Positions 1-9,183 of a stretch of 64,000 nt of DNA are shown here, in pieces. Origin of the DNA: Reclinomonas americana ATCC 50394 (lineage: Eukaryota); the NCBI GenBank assembly GCA_048213135.1, contig PS015010.1:310001-374000 (forward strand), written 5' to 3'. Below the pieces are notes generated by a model that worked only from the letters and a program-made list of their open reading frames with translations, made no database searches and was not told the DNA's origin. Every line of letters begins with the position of its first letter. Position 1 is the stretch's first letter. Position numbers and translations under genes: made by a program.

Positions 1-1
1 T

Positions 2-1282
2 ACAGGCGCTTTTACGAACAACGGTATACTGCAGGTGAAACAAAACCTGGCCAATGACCAGGCCTCCATGACGGCAGGTACGGGCACACTTTACCTGAAT
101 GGCAGCAGTACACAGACCGTAAGCGGTACACAAAGTTTTATAACGAATAACCTGGTAACGAGTAATGCAGCAGGTATTACACTTAACAATAACCTGCGGG
201 TGAATGCGGCGCACAGTTTTGTGAATGGAATGATCACCACATCGGCCACGCCTAATTACATGATCTATTCGGCAGGTGCATCTTACACCGGGGCCACCGA
301 CGCCCGGCATGTGAATGGCTGGGTGAAGAAATTCGGCAATACCGATTTTATATTTCCTGTTGGCAGTGCCAGCTACCTTCGGTCCGTTACACTGGGAACG
401 ATAACCGCCAGCAGCGAGTTCAATGTAAAATACAATACATCGCCTACACCCAACCGCACCCAACTGTTTGCCCCGCTGGTGCTGGTAGATACATTTGAAT
501 ACTGGACCATCAGCAAAGTGAGCGGCAGCGCGGCAAAAGTGACGATGAACTGGGATAAATCCAAAGTGAATTTTCCCTGGCTGAATATGAATTATATCCG
601 TGCGGCTTATTACAACGGTACCAACTGGATCAATATAGGTGGCACAGCAACAGGCAGCATTTTTACCAGCGGCAGCATTACATCCAATTCCGTTACCGCC
701 ATCAGCAATCATTTCGTGATCGGGAGTACGGCGCATGTGCTGGCCGTATCGCTTACCGGCTTTGGTGTAACACAATGGCCGGGCTATAACCGTGCGGGAT
801 GGGAGGTAACACAGGAAACAGCTGTATCCCGTTATGAAGTACAGCGCAGCGATGATGGCATTCATTTCTATACTTTATCTGCGGTGCAACCCCGTAACAA
901 CGGAGCAGACGGTCATTATAATTACGACGACAATAAACCCATGACAGGAACGACCTATTACAGGTTGCTGATCGCTGAACAGGGCGGGGGATCACGTTAT
1001 TCTGGAGTGGTGGTGATACAACCCGGTACTTCCGGACGGCTTTACCTGGTGCAGAATCCTGTTAAGGGCCATATCGATCTTTATGCGGGAGAAAGTTATA
1101 AAGGCACCTACACGTATGTGCTGGTCAGCAGTTCCGCACAGGTGGTACAACAGGGTACGCTGGTGATAAACCATGCAGGCCGGTACAATATTGCTTTACA
1201 GCATAAACTGGTTGCCGGTATTTATTCGCTGGTGTTGTGCAAAGAAGGCGAGCAATACCAGCTGAAGATGATGAAAGAATAA
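2..1282 (+). CDS. Secreted beta-rich protein with probable T9SS C-terminal sorting domain (5' truncated by window)
   Basis: Frame is open back to base 2. Ser/Thr/Gly/Asn-rich, with HVNGWVKK..FIFPVG and EYWTI motifs, an Ig-like YEVQRSDDG..YYRL domain and a C-terminal NPV..GIYSL..KMMK tail typical of T9SS cargo. Confidence 0.75.
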   Translation, partial: TGAFTNNGILQVKQNLANDQASMTAGTGTLYLNGSSTQTVSGTQSFITNNLVTSNAAGITLNNNLRVNAAHSFVNGMITTSATPNYMIYSAGASYTGATDARHVNGWVKKFGNTDFIFPVGSASYLRSVTLGTITASSEFNVKYNTSPTPNRTQLFAPLVLVDTFEYWTISKVSGSAAKVTMNWDKSKVNFPWLNMNYIRAAYYNGTNWINIGGTATGSIFTSGSITSNSVTAISNHFVIGSTAHVLAVSLTGFGVTQWPGYNRAGWEVTQETAVSRYEVQRSDDGIHFYTLSAVQPRNNGADGHYNYDDNKPMTGTTYYRLLIAEQGGGSRYSGVVVIQPGTSGRLYLVQNPVKGHIDLYAGESYKGTYTYVLVSSSAQVVQQGTLVINHAGRYNIALQHKLVAGIYSLVLCKEGEQYQLKMMKE

Positions 1283-1412
1283 TTTTAGTTTCAATAATGC
1301 TTTCCGTATAGGAAGTTCATCCCCTACATCCATGAGAACTTTTGTGATTCTTGTATTTATTTTTGTGATCCTTGTATTAGGAAACCTGGCTTCGTGTATG
1401 CAACTGGGTTAG

Positions 1413-2159
1413 TTATAGCCCTGAAAAATAATCGTAACCTCTTTCATACCAGTAATCCGGCGGACGCTGGTCGCTGAAGAAAAGGGTACCGATGCGTTTG
1501 ATGTGCTTGATGCCGTATTTTACCGGTATGATCAGCCGCAGCGGGTAGCCCTGGTTCATTGGAAGGGGAGCATCATTCATTTCGTAGCAGAGAATGGTTT
1601 GCGGATGCAGCATGCTGCGGTTATCAATGCCAACATAGTATCCATTGTCGGGCGTACGCAGACCGGTATAGGCCATGCCTGTTTGCCATTGAAGACCATA
1701 ATGCTTCGCGAAATCACTGAAGCGCACGCCGCCCCAGTGCGTTACCTGGCTCCAGCCTTCAATACATTTAAAATCGAAAATGACCTCTGTCTTCGGGAGT
1801 GCTTTAATATCGGACAGGGTTAAACGAAGGGTGTCACCCGGTTTACGGATCACCTGCAGGCGCCAGGCGGCGGTATCAAAGTTGGCGCTCATGCCTGCAT
1901 TGCCATTCACCCTTACATTTTTTACCGCGGCAGACCGGGGAAATGTTTTGCTGAGGTTATTATTATCCACCAGTTTACTGAAAAGCCGTTCATTCATATC
2001 CAGGGCCGCCCGCAGGGAACGGGGCGTTCCGGCGGATTCGGGTTGACGATGCAGCCATTTCCAGCCAAAGATACAGGCGGCTATAAACAGGAAGAATACC
2101 ACAAAAGAAGTGATAGTCTTTTGCCTTATCTTCTTATCGGTTAATGAACTTTCTTTCAT
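1413..2159 (-). CDS. Molybdopterin-dependent oxidoreductase (sulfite oxidase/MsrP-like) with N-terminal membrane anchor
   Basis: DFKCIEGWS (Mo-ligating Cys) and GYPLRLIIPVKYGIKHIK motifs. Confidence 0.85.
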   Translation of the reverse strand: MKESSLTDKKIRQKTITSFVVFFLFIAACIFGWKWLHRQPESAGTPRSLRAALDMNERLFSKLVDNNNLSKTFPRSAAVKNVRVNGNAGMSANFDTAAWRLQVIRKPGDTLRLTLSDIKALPKTEVIFDFKCIEGWSQVTHWGGVRFSDFAKHYGLQWQTGMAYTGLRTPDNGYYVGIDNRSMLHPQTILCYEMNDAPLPMNQGYPLRLIIPVKYGIKHIKRIGTLFFSDQRPPDYWYERGYDYFSGL

Positions 2160-2183
2160 ACCCGTTTATTAAAGTGTTACCAT

Positions 2184-2873
2184 TTACTGTTGAGGATCAT
2201 CATTGATCGTTTCTGTTGTTACTTCCTTTTTTATTTCAAAACCCCTGATCATTCCGCTGAAATTATTCCATCCCGCCATTATCACCTGTATGATGTGTAC
2301 CAGGAAAAAAACACAGAACAGGATGGTTAGGATGAAATGCTCTGCCCTGGCCCACTCATACCCGCCCAGCATGGCGCAAAGCCAGTATAACTGTGCGGGT
2401 TTGTAAATGGCAAGCCCGGTAAGCAGCGAACCTAATCCCATAATGATAACACCTGTGTAAGCTATCCTTTGTGCCGCATTGTATTTTTGTTGCGGTGGTA
2501 ATCCTTTTTTTATGCGGAGGTCATGCAACACCACCAGCCATGCTTCCCGGAGTGACCGTTTATTGGGGAATATCAGTTTATACTCTCTGGAAAACAGCAG
2601 GTATAAAAAATAAAGAATGCCGTTGATGGCAAATATCCACATGAAGAAAAAATGAAGGCTCATGCCCTCTGCCAGGCGGTAGGGGATATTCAACGCTTCG
2701 TAAAAAGAGTTGGGGAAGAAACGCAGTACGGTACGGTTGCCCCAGCCCAGGCGGTATACGTCATTGGCCCAGTAAATGAGCAGCCCGCTCCAGATCATAA
2801 CGCCCAGCACGGGAAAGTTGATCCAGTGAAACCAGCGTATGGCCAGCGGGTGTTTCCTGGTGATCTTTTTCAA
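2184..2873 (-). CDS. Cytochrome b/b6-domain membrane protein (partner of the Mo enzyme)
   Basis: RWFHWINF, SLHFFF, KYNAAQR, ARAEHF and LVHI heme-His pattern. Probable TTG start at 2873, just after the msrB stop; the ORF-track start at 2921 overlaps msrB. Confidence 0.85.
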   Translation of the reverse strand: MKKITRKHPLAIRWFHWINFPVLGVMIWSGLLIYWANDVYRLGWGNRTVLRFFPNSFYEALNIPYRLAEGMSLHFFFMWIFAINGILYFLYLLFSREYKLIFPNKRSLREAWLVVLHDLRIKKGLPPQQKYNAAQRIAYTGVIIMGLGSLLTGLAIYKPAQLYWLCAMLGGYEWARAEHFILTILFCVFFLVHIIQVIMAGWNNFSGMIRGFEIKKEVTTETINDDPQQ

Positions 2874-2881
2874 AACGGTTG

Positions 2882-3344
2882 TTATTTTTTTACAAAAAGG
2901 AGCGAAGCGGAATTCATGCAATAACGCAGACCGGTTGGTTTAGGTCCGTCGTCAAATACATGGCCCAGGTGAGCGCCGCAGCGGCTGCAGTTTACTTCCG
3001 TACGGGTCATGCCATAACTGTTATCTTCCACATCTTCCACGTTTTTTTTTAGAGATGGGTTGCCAGAAACTGGGCCACCCGGTGCCACTGTCGAACTTGG
3101 TGGCAGAACTGAAGAGTTCCTGTCCGCAGCAGATGCATTTATAGGTGCCGGCTTCATGGTAATCCCAGTATTTACCACTGTAAGCGGCTTCCGTTCCTTT
3201 TTTCCGGGTTACCTGGTATTGTTCGGGTGTAAGCTGTTTTTTCCATTCCGCATCGGTCTTAACCACGGCATATTTTTTCTGCTGTGGCTGAGCCGAACAA
3301 CTTATGGTAAACAGGGAGAGTATAACGAAGAGTAGCTTATTCAT
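2882..3344 (-). pseudogene. msrB: Peptide-methionine (R)-S-oxide reductase MsrB with lipoprotein-like signal, frameshifted at an A9 tract (3042-3050)
   Basis: The N-half ([21 protein letters not shown]) lies in ORF 3021-3344 and the C-half ([28 protein letters not shown]) in ORF 2882-3178. Removing one A joins them. Confidence 0.85.
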
Positions 3345-3469
3345 CTGTTTTATTTTTATATACTTACCAGATACGAAGCGGTTGTAAAAGCGGATTTTCC
3401 GGTAACCGGCTTTAACAACTTATTGCTGTATAAATTTAAGCTTTAATTTTGGTATCTCAATTCTTCCTC

Positions 3470-3634
3470 ATGAGTATATGGAGTCAAATAGCGGAGTATC
3501 TCTACCTTAAAAAGAAAGACCCCAACAGGCCGCAGTCGCAATGGGTAAAGTACATGCACGGGATCAACCGGTTGTCTATTTTGCTGTTCCTGCTGGCGCT
3601 CATCATCATTGTGATCAAGCTGCTGGTGAGGTAG
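3470..3634 (+). CDS. Small membrane protein (DUF6728-like)
   Basis: KDPNRP..MHGINRLSI followed by one TM helix; ATG at 3470 downstream of TAATTTTG (3444-3451). Confidence 0.65.
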   Translation: MSIWSQIAEYLYLKKKDPNRPQSQWVKYMHGINRLSILLFLLALIIIVIKLLVR

Positions 3635-3653
3635 TAAAATGGTGTGCAGGTGG

Positions 3654-4769
3654 TTAGTTCCCGTTCCTTAAAAAGGTCATGATGCTCCTGGCCGCATTGG
3701 CAGAAGCGTTTCCTCCCTGGCTCAGCAGTTGTTTCAGATCGGCATAGTCCTGTTTAACCCTGTCCTGTTTTTCCGGGCTGGTGAGCAGCAGTTCAAGTTC
3801 CTGTTTTAGTTTGTCTACCGTAAGATCATCCTGTATCAGTTCCTTTACCACTTCTTTATCCATGATGAGGTTGACCAGGCCAATAAAGCGGATCTTGATC
3901 AGTCGTTTGGCGATCTGGTAGGAGATGGAATTGCCTTTATAACAGATCACTTCGGGCACACCAAAGAGCGCTGTTTCCAGCGTGGCGGTACCGCTCGTAA
4001 CAAGTGCGGCTGTTGACTGGGAGAGGAGCTGGTAGGTGCGGTTCACTACCCAGCTTACATTGGCGTAAGGAGCCAGCAGTTCGTTGTAAAAACTTTCTTC
4101 CAGCCCGGGCGCCTTGGCCACCACGAAACGGTAGCCCGGGAAATGACGGGTGACTTCCAGCATCACCGGCAGTTTCTTCAGTATCTCCTGCTGGCGGCTG
4201 CCCGGCAGCAGGGCGATCACCGGCAGATCAGGTATGGCATCGCCTTTATGATCGGCCAGGTAACGGTCAACAACCTCTACCAGCGGGTGACCCACATATT
4301 CAACTTCCCAGTTCCATTGCTTTTTGTAATAGTCTTTCTCAAATGGCAGGATACAGATCATTTTATCGATGCACCGCTTCATGCTTTTTACCCGGTTCGC
4401 CTTCCAGGCCCATACCTGCGGGGAAATATAGTAGACTACTTTCAACCCTTTTTTGCGGGCCCATTTGGCGATGCGGAGGTTAAAGCCGGGGTAGTCGATG
4501 AGGATGAGCACATCGGGAGCGAAGGCTTCCACATCCTCTTTACAAAAATCTATATTACGGAAAATGGTGCGCAGGTTTCTCAGCACTTCCACAAAACCCA
4601 TGAAGGCGAGATCGCGATAATGCTTGACTACCGTAGCGCCGGCAGCTTCCATCTGGTCGCCGCCCCAGCAGCGCAGTTCCGCAGCCGGGTCCAGTAACCT
4701 GATCTCTTTGATAAGATTGCTTCCATGCAGGTCGCCGCTGGCCTCACCGGCAATAAGATAATAGCGCAT
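3654..4769 (-). CDS. lpxB: Lipid-A-disaccharide synthase
   Basis: IAGEASGDLHG, IDYPGFN, SPQVWAW, VGHPL, LLPGSR and SGTATLE motifs; ATG at 4769. Confidence 0.97.
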   Translation of the reverse strand: MRYYLIAGEASGDLHGSNLIKEIRLLDPAAELRCWGGDQMEAAGATVVKHYRDLAFMGFVEVLRNLRTIFRNIDFCKEDVEAFAPDVLILIDYPGFNLRIAKWARKKGLKVVYYISPQVWAWKANRVKSMKRCIDKMICILPFEKDYYKKQWNWEVEYVGHPLVEVVDRYLADHKGDAIPDLPVIALLPGSRQQEILKKLPVMLEVTRHFPGYRFVVAKAPGLEESFYNELLAPYANVSWVVNRTYQLLSQSTAALVTSGTATLETALFGVPEVICYKGNSISYQIAKRLIKIRFIGLVNLIMDKEVVKELIQDDLTVDKLKQELELLLTSPEKQDRVKQDYADLKQLLSQGGNASANAARSIMTFLRNGN

Positions 4770-4781
4770 GATGCAAGATAG

Positions 4782-4812
4782 AAATTCAAAATTCAAAAAT
4801 CAAAATTCAAAA
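4782..4812. repeat. Short tandem heptamer (AAAATTC-like) upstream of lpxB
   Basis: aaattcaaaattcaaaaatcaaaattcaaaa read directly. Confidence 0.7.
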
Positions 4813-4817
4813 ATTGT

Positions 4818-4986
4818 TCACGCAGGGATCGCGGGAGGAGCAAAGGCGCTAAGTTTTTATTTTAATCATCTCAGCGTTCCTCGTTGCTTCGCAGTTACAT
4901 TTTCACGCAAGGCTTGCGAAGGAGCAGAGGCGCTAAGGTTTAACTTAATTATCTATGCGTTCTCTTCTTCTCTGCGGTGAAAAAAA
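4818..4986. repeat. Degenerate array (two partial units) of the ~128-bp CGCAAAG/CGCAGAG modular repeat
   Basis: tcacgca(a/g)gg..gagca(a/g)aggcgctaag..taat..gcgttc occurs twice and ends ttctctgcggtgaaaaaa, in the same orientation as 12153-12541. Confidence 0.8.
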
Positions 4987-4987
4987 A

Positions 4988-5290
4988 TCACCCGAAGGTT
5001 TTAATACTTAACGCCGTTACCGCATAGATAAGCGTTGCAATGAAGATGCCTTTGGCCGTTTTATCGATACGGGAATTGACATAAAAAGTGAACAGCACCG
5101 CATTGGCCAGCAAACACAGGCTGATGGCAATGGTAAGCAGGCGGTGACCCGGCTCAACAAAAAGATACTGCAGCGCTTCCCAATAAGAAAGTGGTCCCAG
5201 CTTTTTGTACTTGAAAAGAAAAAAGGCCAGGAAAGGGGCGATAAGTCCCATGATGAATCCGAATAAAAAATTGTCTTTCTTGAATATCAT
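4988..5290 (-). CDS. Small membrane protein, translationally coupled to surE
   Basis: Three hydrophobic helices; ATGA overlap with the surE stop. Confidence 0.75.
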   Translation of the reverse strand: MIFKKDNFLFGFIMGLIAPFLAFFLFKYKKLGPLSYWEALQYLFVEPGHRLLTIAISLCLLANAVLFTFYVNSRIDKTAKGIFIATLIYAVTALSIKTFG

Positions 5291-6069
5291 TGGAAGAGTT
5301 TCTTTTGCTCAAGCTGTTTTTTCAGTTCATAATTGGTGAGGTCAAACTGTACGGGTACCACGCTTACATAATTTTTCTTCAGTGCCACCACGTCGGTATC
5401 GCCCCCTTTATCATAATTGATGAACTTGCCCGTGAGCCAGTAATAAGTTTTGCCATGCGGATCTTTTCTTTCCTCGAAATCTTCCTCATATTTCGCATAA
5501 GCCTGCTTACAGACCTTAATGCCTTTGATGAGTTCCATAGGTAGAGCCGGGATGTTCACATTGAGCAGGAAGTGTTTGTCCTTTTTCATGGGCAGTACTT
5601 CCGAAACAATGCGGTGAACGATCTGCCTTGCCGCACTAAAATCGGCTTCTATGGAGTAGTCCAACAGGCTGAACCCGATGCTGGGAATGCTTTCAATGGC
5701 AGCTTCCATGGCGGCGCTCATCGTACCGCTGTAAATCACGTTGATGGAGTGATTGGCGCCGTGGTTGATACCGCTGAGGCAGAGATCGGGTTTGCGGTGG
5801 AGGATCTTATCTACCGCCAGTTTAACACAATCTACAGGTGTGCCGGTGGTTTGCCAGGCTTCCACATCATCGCCAAAAGTATGTACCCTGTTCATGCGCA
5901 GGTAGGTGCCAATGGTAATGGCGTGCCCCATGCCGCTCTGCGGTTTGTCGGGTGCCACCACTACGATCTTACCCATACCTCTTACGGCCTCTACCAGGTT
6001 GCGTATACCCGGCGCTGTTATACCATCGTCGTTGGTGATCAGTATCACCGGTTCTTTCTTTCTCGCCAT
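5287..6069 (-). CDS. surE: 5'/3'-nucleotidase SurE
   Basis: ITNDDG, GTPVDCV, SGINHGAN and YSGT motifs. Confidence 0.97.
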   Translation of the reverse strand: MARKKEPVILITNDDGITAPGIRNLVEAVRGMGKIVVVAPDKPQSGMGHAITIGTYLRMNRVHTFGDDVEAWQTTGTPVDCVKLAVDKILHRKPDLCLSGINHGANHSINVIYSGTMSAAMEAAIESIPSIGFSLLDYSIEADFSAARQIVHRIVSEVLPMKKDKHFLLNVNIPALPMELIKGIKVCKQAYAKYEEDFEERKDPHGKTYYWLTGKFINYDKGGDTDVVALKKNYVSVVPVQFDLTNYELKKQLEQKKLFQ

Positions 6070-6076
6070 GCTGTTG

Positions 6077-6541
6077 TTAAAATTGTGGGAAGTAAGGGCG
6101 GGCTATACCGGCTTCACGGAACGGCCAGGGTACCATGAGCAGTATCAGCAGGAAGGCAATGCCGAACCATACCAGGCTGAGGCGGTGTTTTTTTGCATCG
6201 CCATCGGCACGTTTAACCATCACTCTTCCCATATGTACCATCACCCAGGCAATGATCATGAGCAGGGCGTGTTCCACTGTGAAAAAGCGGATGGCACTAT
6301 CGCCCATGGCGCCTTTCATATCACTTTTAAGGAGGTTGAACCAGTTCTTGCCAAAATACAGCACCAGGCCGAGCAGTAACTGGATGTCAAAAAAGGTCAT
6401 AAAAAGCAGGTTGCTGCGGTTATCAGATGAACGGTAGGCTCTTTTGGAGGCCACGCCGCTGATAGCATTCAGGACGGTCCAGAGCCCGAACAGCAGGATA
6501 GCCCAGCGGACAATACTATGAAGGATGAGGATATAGTTCAT
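6077..6541 (-). CDS. Conserved 4-TM membrane protein (His-containing, cytochrome b-like)
   Basis: LHS..RW, QLLLGL.LY, RFFTVEH and C-terminal PWP motifs. Confidence 0.7.
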   Translation of the reverse strand: MNYILILHSIVRWAILLFGLWTVLNAISGVASKRAYRSSDNRSNLLFMTFFDIQLLLGLVLYFGKNWFNLLKSDMKGAMGDSAIRFFTVEHALLMIIAWVMVHMGRVMVKRADGDAKKHRLSLVWFGIAFLLILLMVPWPFREAGIARPYFPQF

Positions 6542-6658
6542 GATAAGGGTTTTTACAAAAGTAAGACAATCGGGGATACAGGATATAAGATAAGGTAGCC
6601 TCGTTTCATCCTGTCTTCCCCTTAACCCGGCTATATTTAAAAAAAATATTTTTGCAAA

Positions 6659-6694
6659 CTAAAAAAATTAGTATATTTGTACTAATCAAATTAG
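6659..6694 (+). promoter_or_regulatory. Two CTAA-N5-TTAG palindromic operators flanking a TATATTTG (-7) promoter element
   Basis: CTAA-AAAAA-TTAG at 6659-6671, TATATTTG at 6672-6679 and CTAA-TCAAA-TTAG at 6682-6694, 7 nt before the ATG. Confidence 0.8.
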
Positions 6695-6701
6695 TTGTAC
6701 C

Positions 6702-7454
6702 ATGTCACAAGCCGGACAAAATCTGAAATATCTCCGCAAGCTGCGGGGATGGACACAGGAGGAATTCGCCAATAAGGTAGGTATCAAACGTTCCTTGGTA
6801 GGTGCCTACGAGGAAGAACGCGCTGATCCCAGGCTGGAAGTACTGGAGATCGTGGCCGATATGTTCAAATTGAGCCTGGATGAGTTGCTGCTGAAAGACC
6901 TCAGCAATACCTCCGACAGTTATATCAATAAGCGCCGCCAGCAGAAGATGATGTCTGCGGAAAGGAACCTTATCCATTTTGTACCGGTGAAAGCCGCGGC
7001 AGGTTACCTGGCCAGCTATGCTGATAACGAATTCATCGACGAACTTAATACGTTCACGCTGCCGATGTTATCGGGAGGTCATTACCGGGCATTTGAGATC
7101 ATCGGTGACAGTATGCTGCCCACGCCCAGCGGAAGTATCATTGTAGGAGAGAAGATCGAAGGCCCTGCGGATATTAAAAACAACCAGGCCTATATTGTAG
7201 TCAGCCGTAATGAGGGTATTGTATATAAAAGGGTGGAGAAAAACAACCGGGCTAAAAATAAACTCACACTGATCAGCGATAATCCCCAGTTCCAGCCTTA
7301 CCAGGTAAACGCCGAGGATGTGGTGGAACTCTGGCAGGCGCAAATGGTTATTAGTAAGATCAGCACCCAGCAACGGTGGGATGTCAACTCCCTGGCCAGT
7401 ATGGTCAATAACCTGCAGAGCCAGGTAAGTACCCTGAAAAAGAAAATGAACTAA
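6702..7454 (+). CDS. XRE-HTH + S24 peptidase repressor (Bacteroidota LexA-like)
   Basis: N-terminal HTH, Ala-Gly cleavage site (AAAGY), catalytic Ser (GDSM) and Lys (VYKR). Confidence 0.9.
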   Translation: MSQAGQNLKYLRKLRGWTQEEFANKVGIKRSLVGAYEEERADPRLEVLEIVADMFKLSLDELLLKDLSNTSDSYINKRRQQKMMSAERNLIHFVPVKAAAGYLASYADNEFIDELNTFTLPMLSGGHYRAFEIIGDSMLPTPSGSIIVGEKIEGPADIKNNQAYIVVSRNEGIVYKRVEKNNRAKNKLTLISDNPQFQPYQVNAEDVVELWQAQMVISKISTQQRWDVNSLASMVNNLQSQVSTLKKKMN

Positions 7455-7586
7455 ACCAGGGATCGGTTACCTGCGATCCCGGCACCAATCACTTTAAGCG
7501 CCTGCCTTGTTTTGGCAGATTGATTACCTGGTCAATTCCGGGCGGGTGTTTTATTGAAATATATTGACGACACTTAAGGTATAGCC

Positions 7587-8057
7587 ATGAATGCAAAAGA
7601 ATTACTGATACTGAATTTTGAGGAGGTCCGCCGCAGGAGTATCCGGATATGGAAAGGTATTGCGGAAGACCAGTTGTACTGGCGCCCTGATCCCGGGGCC
7701 ATGACCTGTTTTGAAATGATACGTCATATCCTGGAAGCGGAAAACATTTATCACCAGGTCATATTGAACAAGGGGGTACTTGGCGATTACCAGAGCCCGC
7801 TTACCGGCAATCCTTACATCTCCGTAGATGAGGAATTACGCAATGCGCAACCCTACCGGGAGAAATTCCTGCGGATGATCAACGGGTTTACAGCGAAGGA
7901 GCTGGAAGAGACTTACATTACCCGTAAAGAACTGGGCCAGCACCGGCGCCTGGGTGATTACCTGCTGCGCATTGCCTACCACGAGAGCGTACATACCGGG
8001 CAACTGCTTGATTATTTACGGACTGTAAAAGTACCCCGTCCGAAGATATGGGACTGA
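7587..8057 (+). CDS. DinB/YfiT-family putative metalloprotein
   Basis: WRP..MT..E.IRH and HESVHTGQ His triad. Confidence 0.85.
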   Translation: MNAKELLILNFEEVRRRSIRIWKGIAEDQLYWRPDPGAMTCFEMIRHILEAENIYHQVILNKGVLGDYQSPLTGNPYISVDEELRNAQPYREKFLRMINGFTAKELEETYITRKELGQHRRLGDYLLRIAYHESVHTGQLLDYLRTVKVPRPKIWD

Positions 8058-8206
8058 TACATTTGAAATTTAGTATTTAAGATTTATGATTTAATATTTT
8101 AGAACTTTACCCTCAATGTGGGGATATCTTCCTGCAAAGGAATTACGATCAGGGATTAACTTTAACCAAATTCAGATACATCGATTCATTTAAAAACAAC
8201 ACAGTT

Positions 8207-8647
8207 ATGATTAAGTTACAGATCGTAGGCAACCTGGGTAAGGATTGCATCGTAAAAGAGATCAACGGGAAAAATGTCATCAATTTCAGTGTGGCACATA
8301 CGGAACGTTATAAAGACAGTACCGGTAACCAGAAGGAGAGAACGACATGGGTAGAATGTGCTTACTGGACCGACCGTACAGCACTCAGTCAATACCTCAA
8401 AAAAGGACAAATGGTTTATGCAGAAGGAGCGCCGGAGGCGGATGCTTATACCAATAAAGAAGGACAGGCAGCTGCCACACTCCGTATGAGGGTACAGAAT
8501 ATTCAGCTGCTGGGTGGCAGTAACCGGGAAGGACAGGGCGCTTCGCAGGGTAACGTGACCAATACCGGCTATGCAGGCTCAGCACCGGTGCAGCAGGCAC
8601 CCGCTATGGCTTCCCAGCCCGCACAGGACGATGACCTCCCGTTTTAA
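8207..8647 (+). CDS. ssb: Single-stranded DNA-binding protein
   Basis: GNLGKD, FSVA and C-terminal DDDLPF. Confidence 0.97.
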   Translation: MIKLQIVGNLGKDCIVKEINGKNVINFSVAHTERYKDSTGNQKERTTWVECAYWTDRTALSQYLKKGQMVYAEGAPEADAYTNKEGQAAATLRMRVQNIQLLGGSNREGQGASQGNVTNTGYAGSAPVQQAPAMASQPAQDDDLPF

Positions 8648-8666
8648 GATCTATAGTAGTGAAAGG

Positions 8667-8690
8667 AAGCCTCCTGCGGGAGGCTTTTTT
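8667..8690 (+). terminator. Intrinsic terminator after ssb
   Basis: AAGCCTCC-TGCG-GGAGGCTT followed by a T-run. Confidence 0.9.
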
Positions 8691-8696
8691 GTTTTT

Positions 8697-9056
8697 ACCG
8701 CAAAGCAACGAAGGAGGCTAAGGTTGCGCAAAGTTTTTTACCGCAGAGAACAATAGATCGCGGAAATAATAAATACCCCTTTGCGGCTTTGCGGGAGATA
8801 TCACCGCAGGGCAACGAAAACACTAAGATTACGCTAAGTTTTTTACTGCAGAGAAAAAGAGAACGCCGAGGTAATTAAATGATGCCTTAGCGGCTTTGCT
8901 TCTTTGCGATCCTTGCGTGAAAGATTTAACCGCAAAGCAATGATGAACGCTAAGTAAACGCAAAGTTTTTTACCGCAGAGAAAAAAGAGAACGCCGAGGT
9001 AATTAAAAGAAGCCTTAGCGGCTTTGCTCCTTTGCGAACCTTGCGTGAAAGATTTT
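8697..9056. repeat. Tandem array (~3 units of ~128 bp) of the modular repeat; left arm of an inverted pair around GH92
   Basis: Units start at about 8697, 8803 and 8929 (accgca..gcaa..ctaag..ttttt.ac.gcagagaa..); 8857-8933 is the exact reverse complement of 12277-12353. Confidence 0.92.
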
Positions 9057-9183
9057 GCGGCTGATAATTACGCCTGCCGGACTGACGATAAAGCTCCTGC
9101 TTTTGATTTTTTAATTTGTACTTTTAAATTCCCACCCCTCCTCCGAATTACCACAAAAACCTAACTTGCATAAAAACGCCTTC

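Noticed and set aside
1339-1378. 18-bp near-identical direct repeat TTTTGTGAT(T/C)CTTGTATT
   Set aside because: Two copies only, between convergent genes, with no other supporting feature.
8122-8132. GGA-N5-TCC upstream of ssb as an SOS box
   Set aside because: Only six specified bases, so many chance matches are expected in 64 kb; it also differs from the operator of the adjacent repressor.
8571-8756. Short ORFs spanning repeats or terminators (8571-8756, 4768-4980, 12529-12738, 23577-23762, 29379-29609)
   Set aside because: They run through terminators or repeat DNA or overlap real genes, and have no protein-like features.
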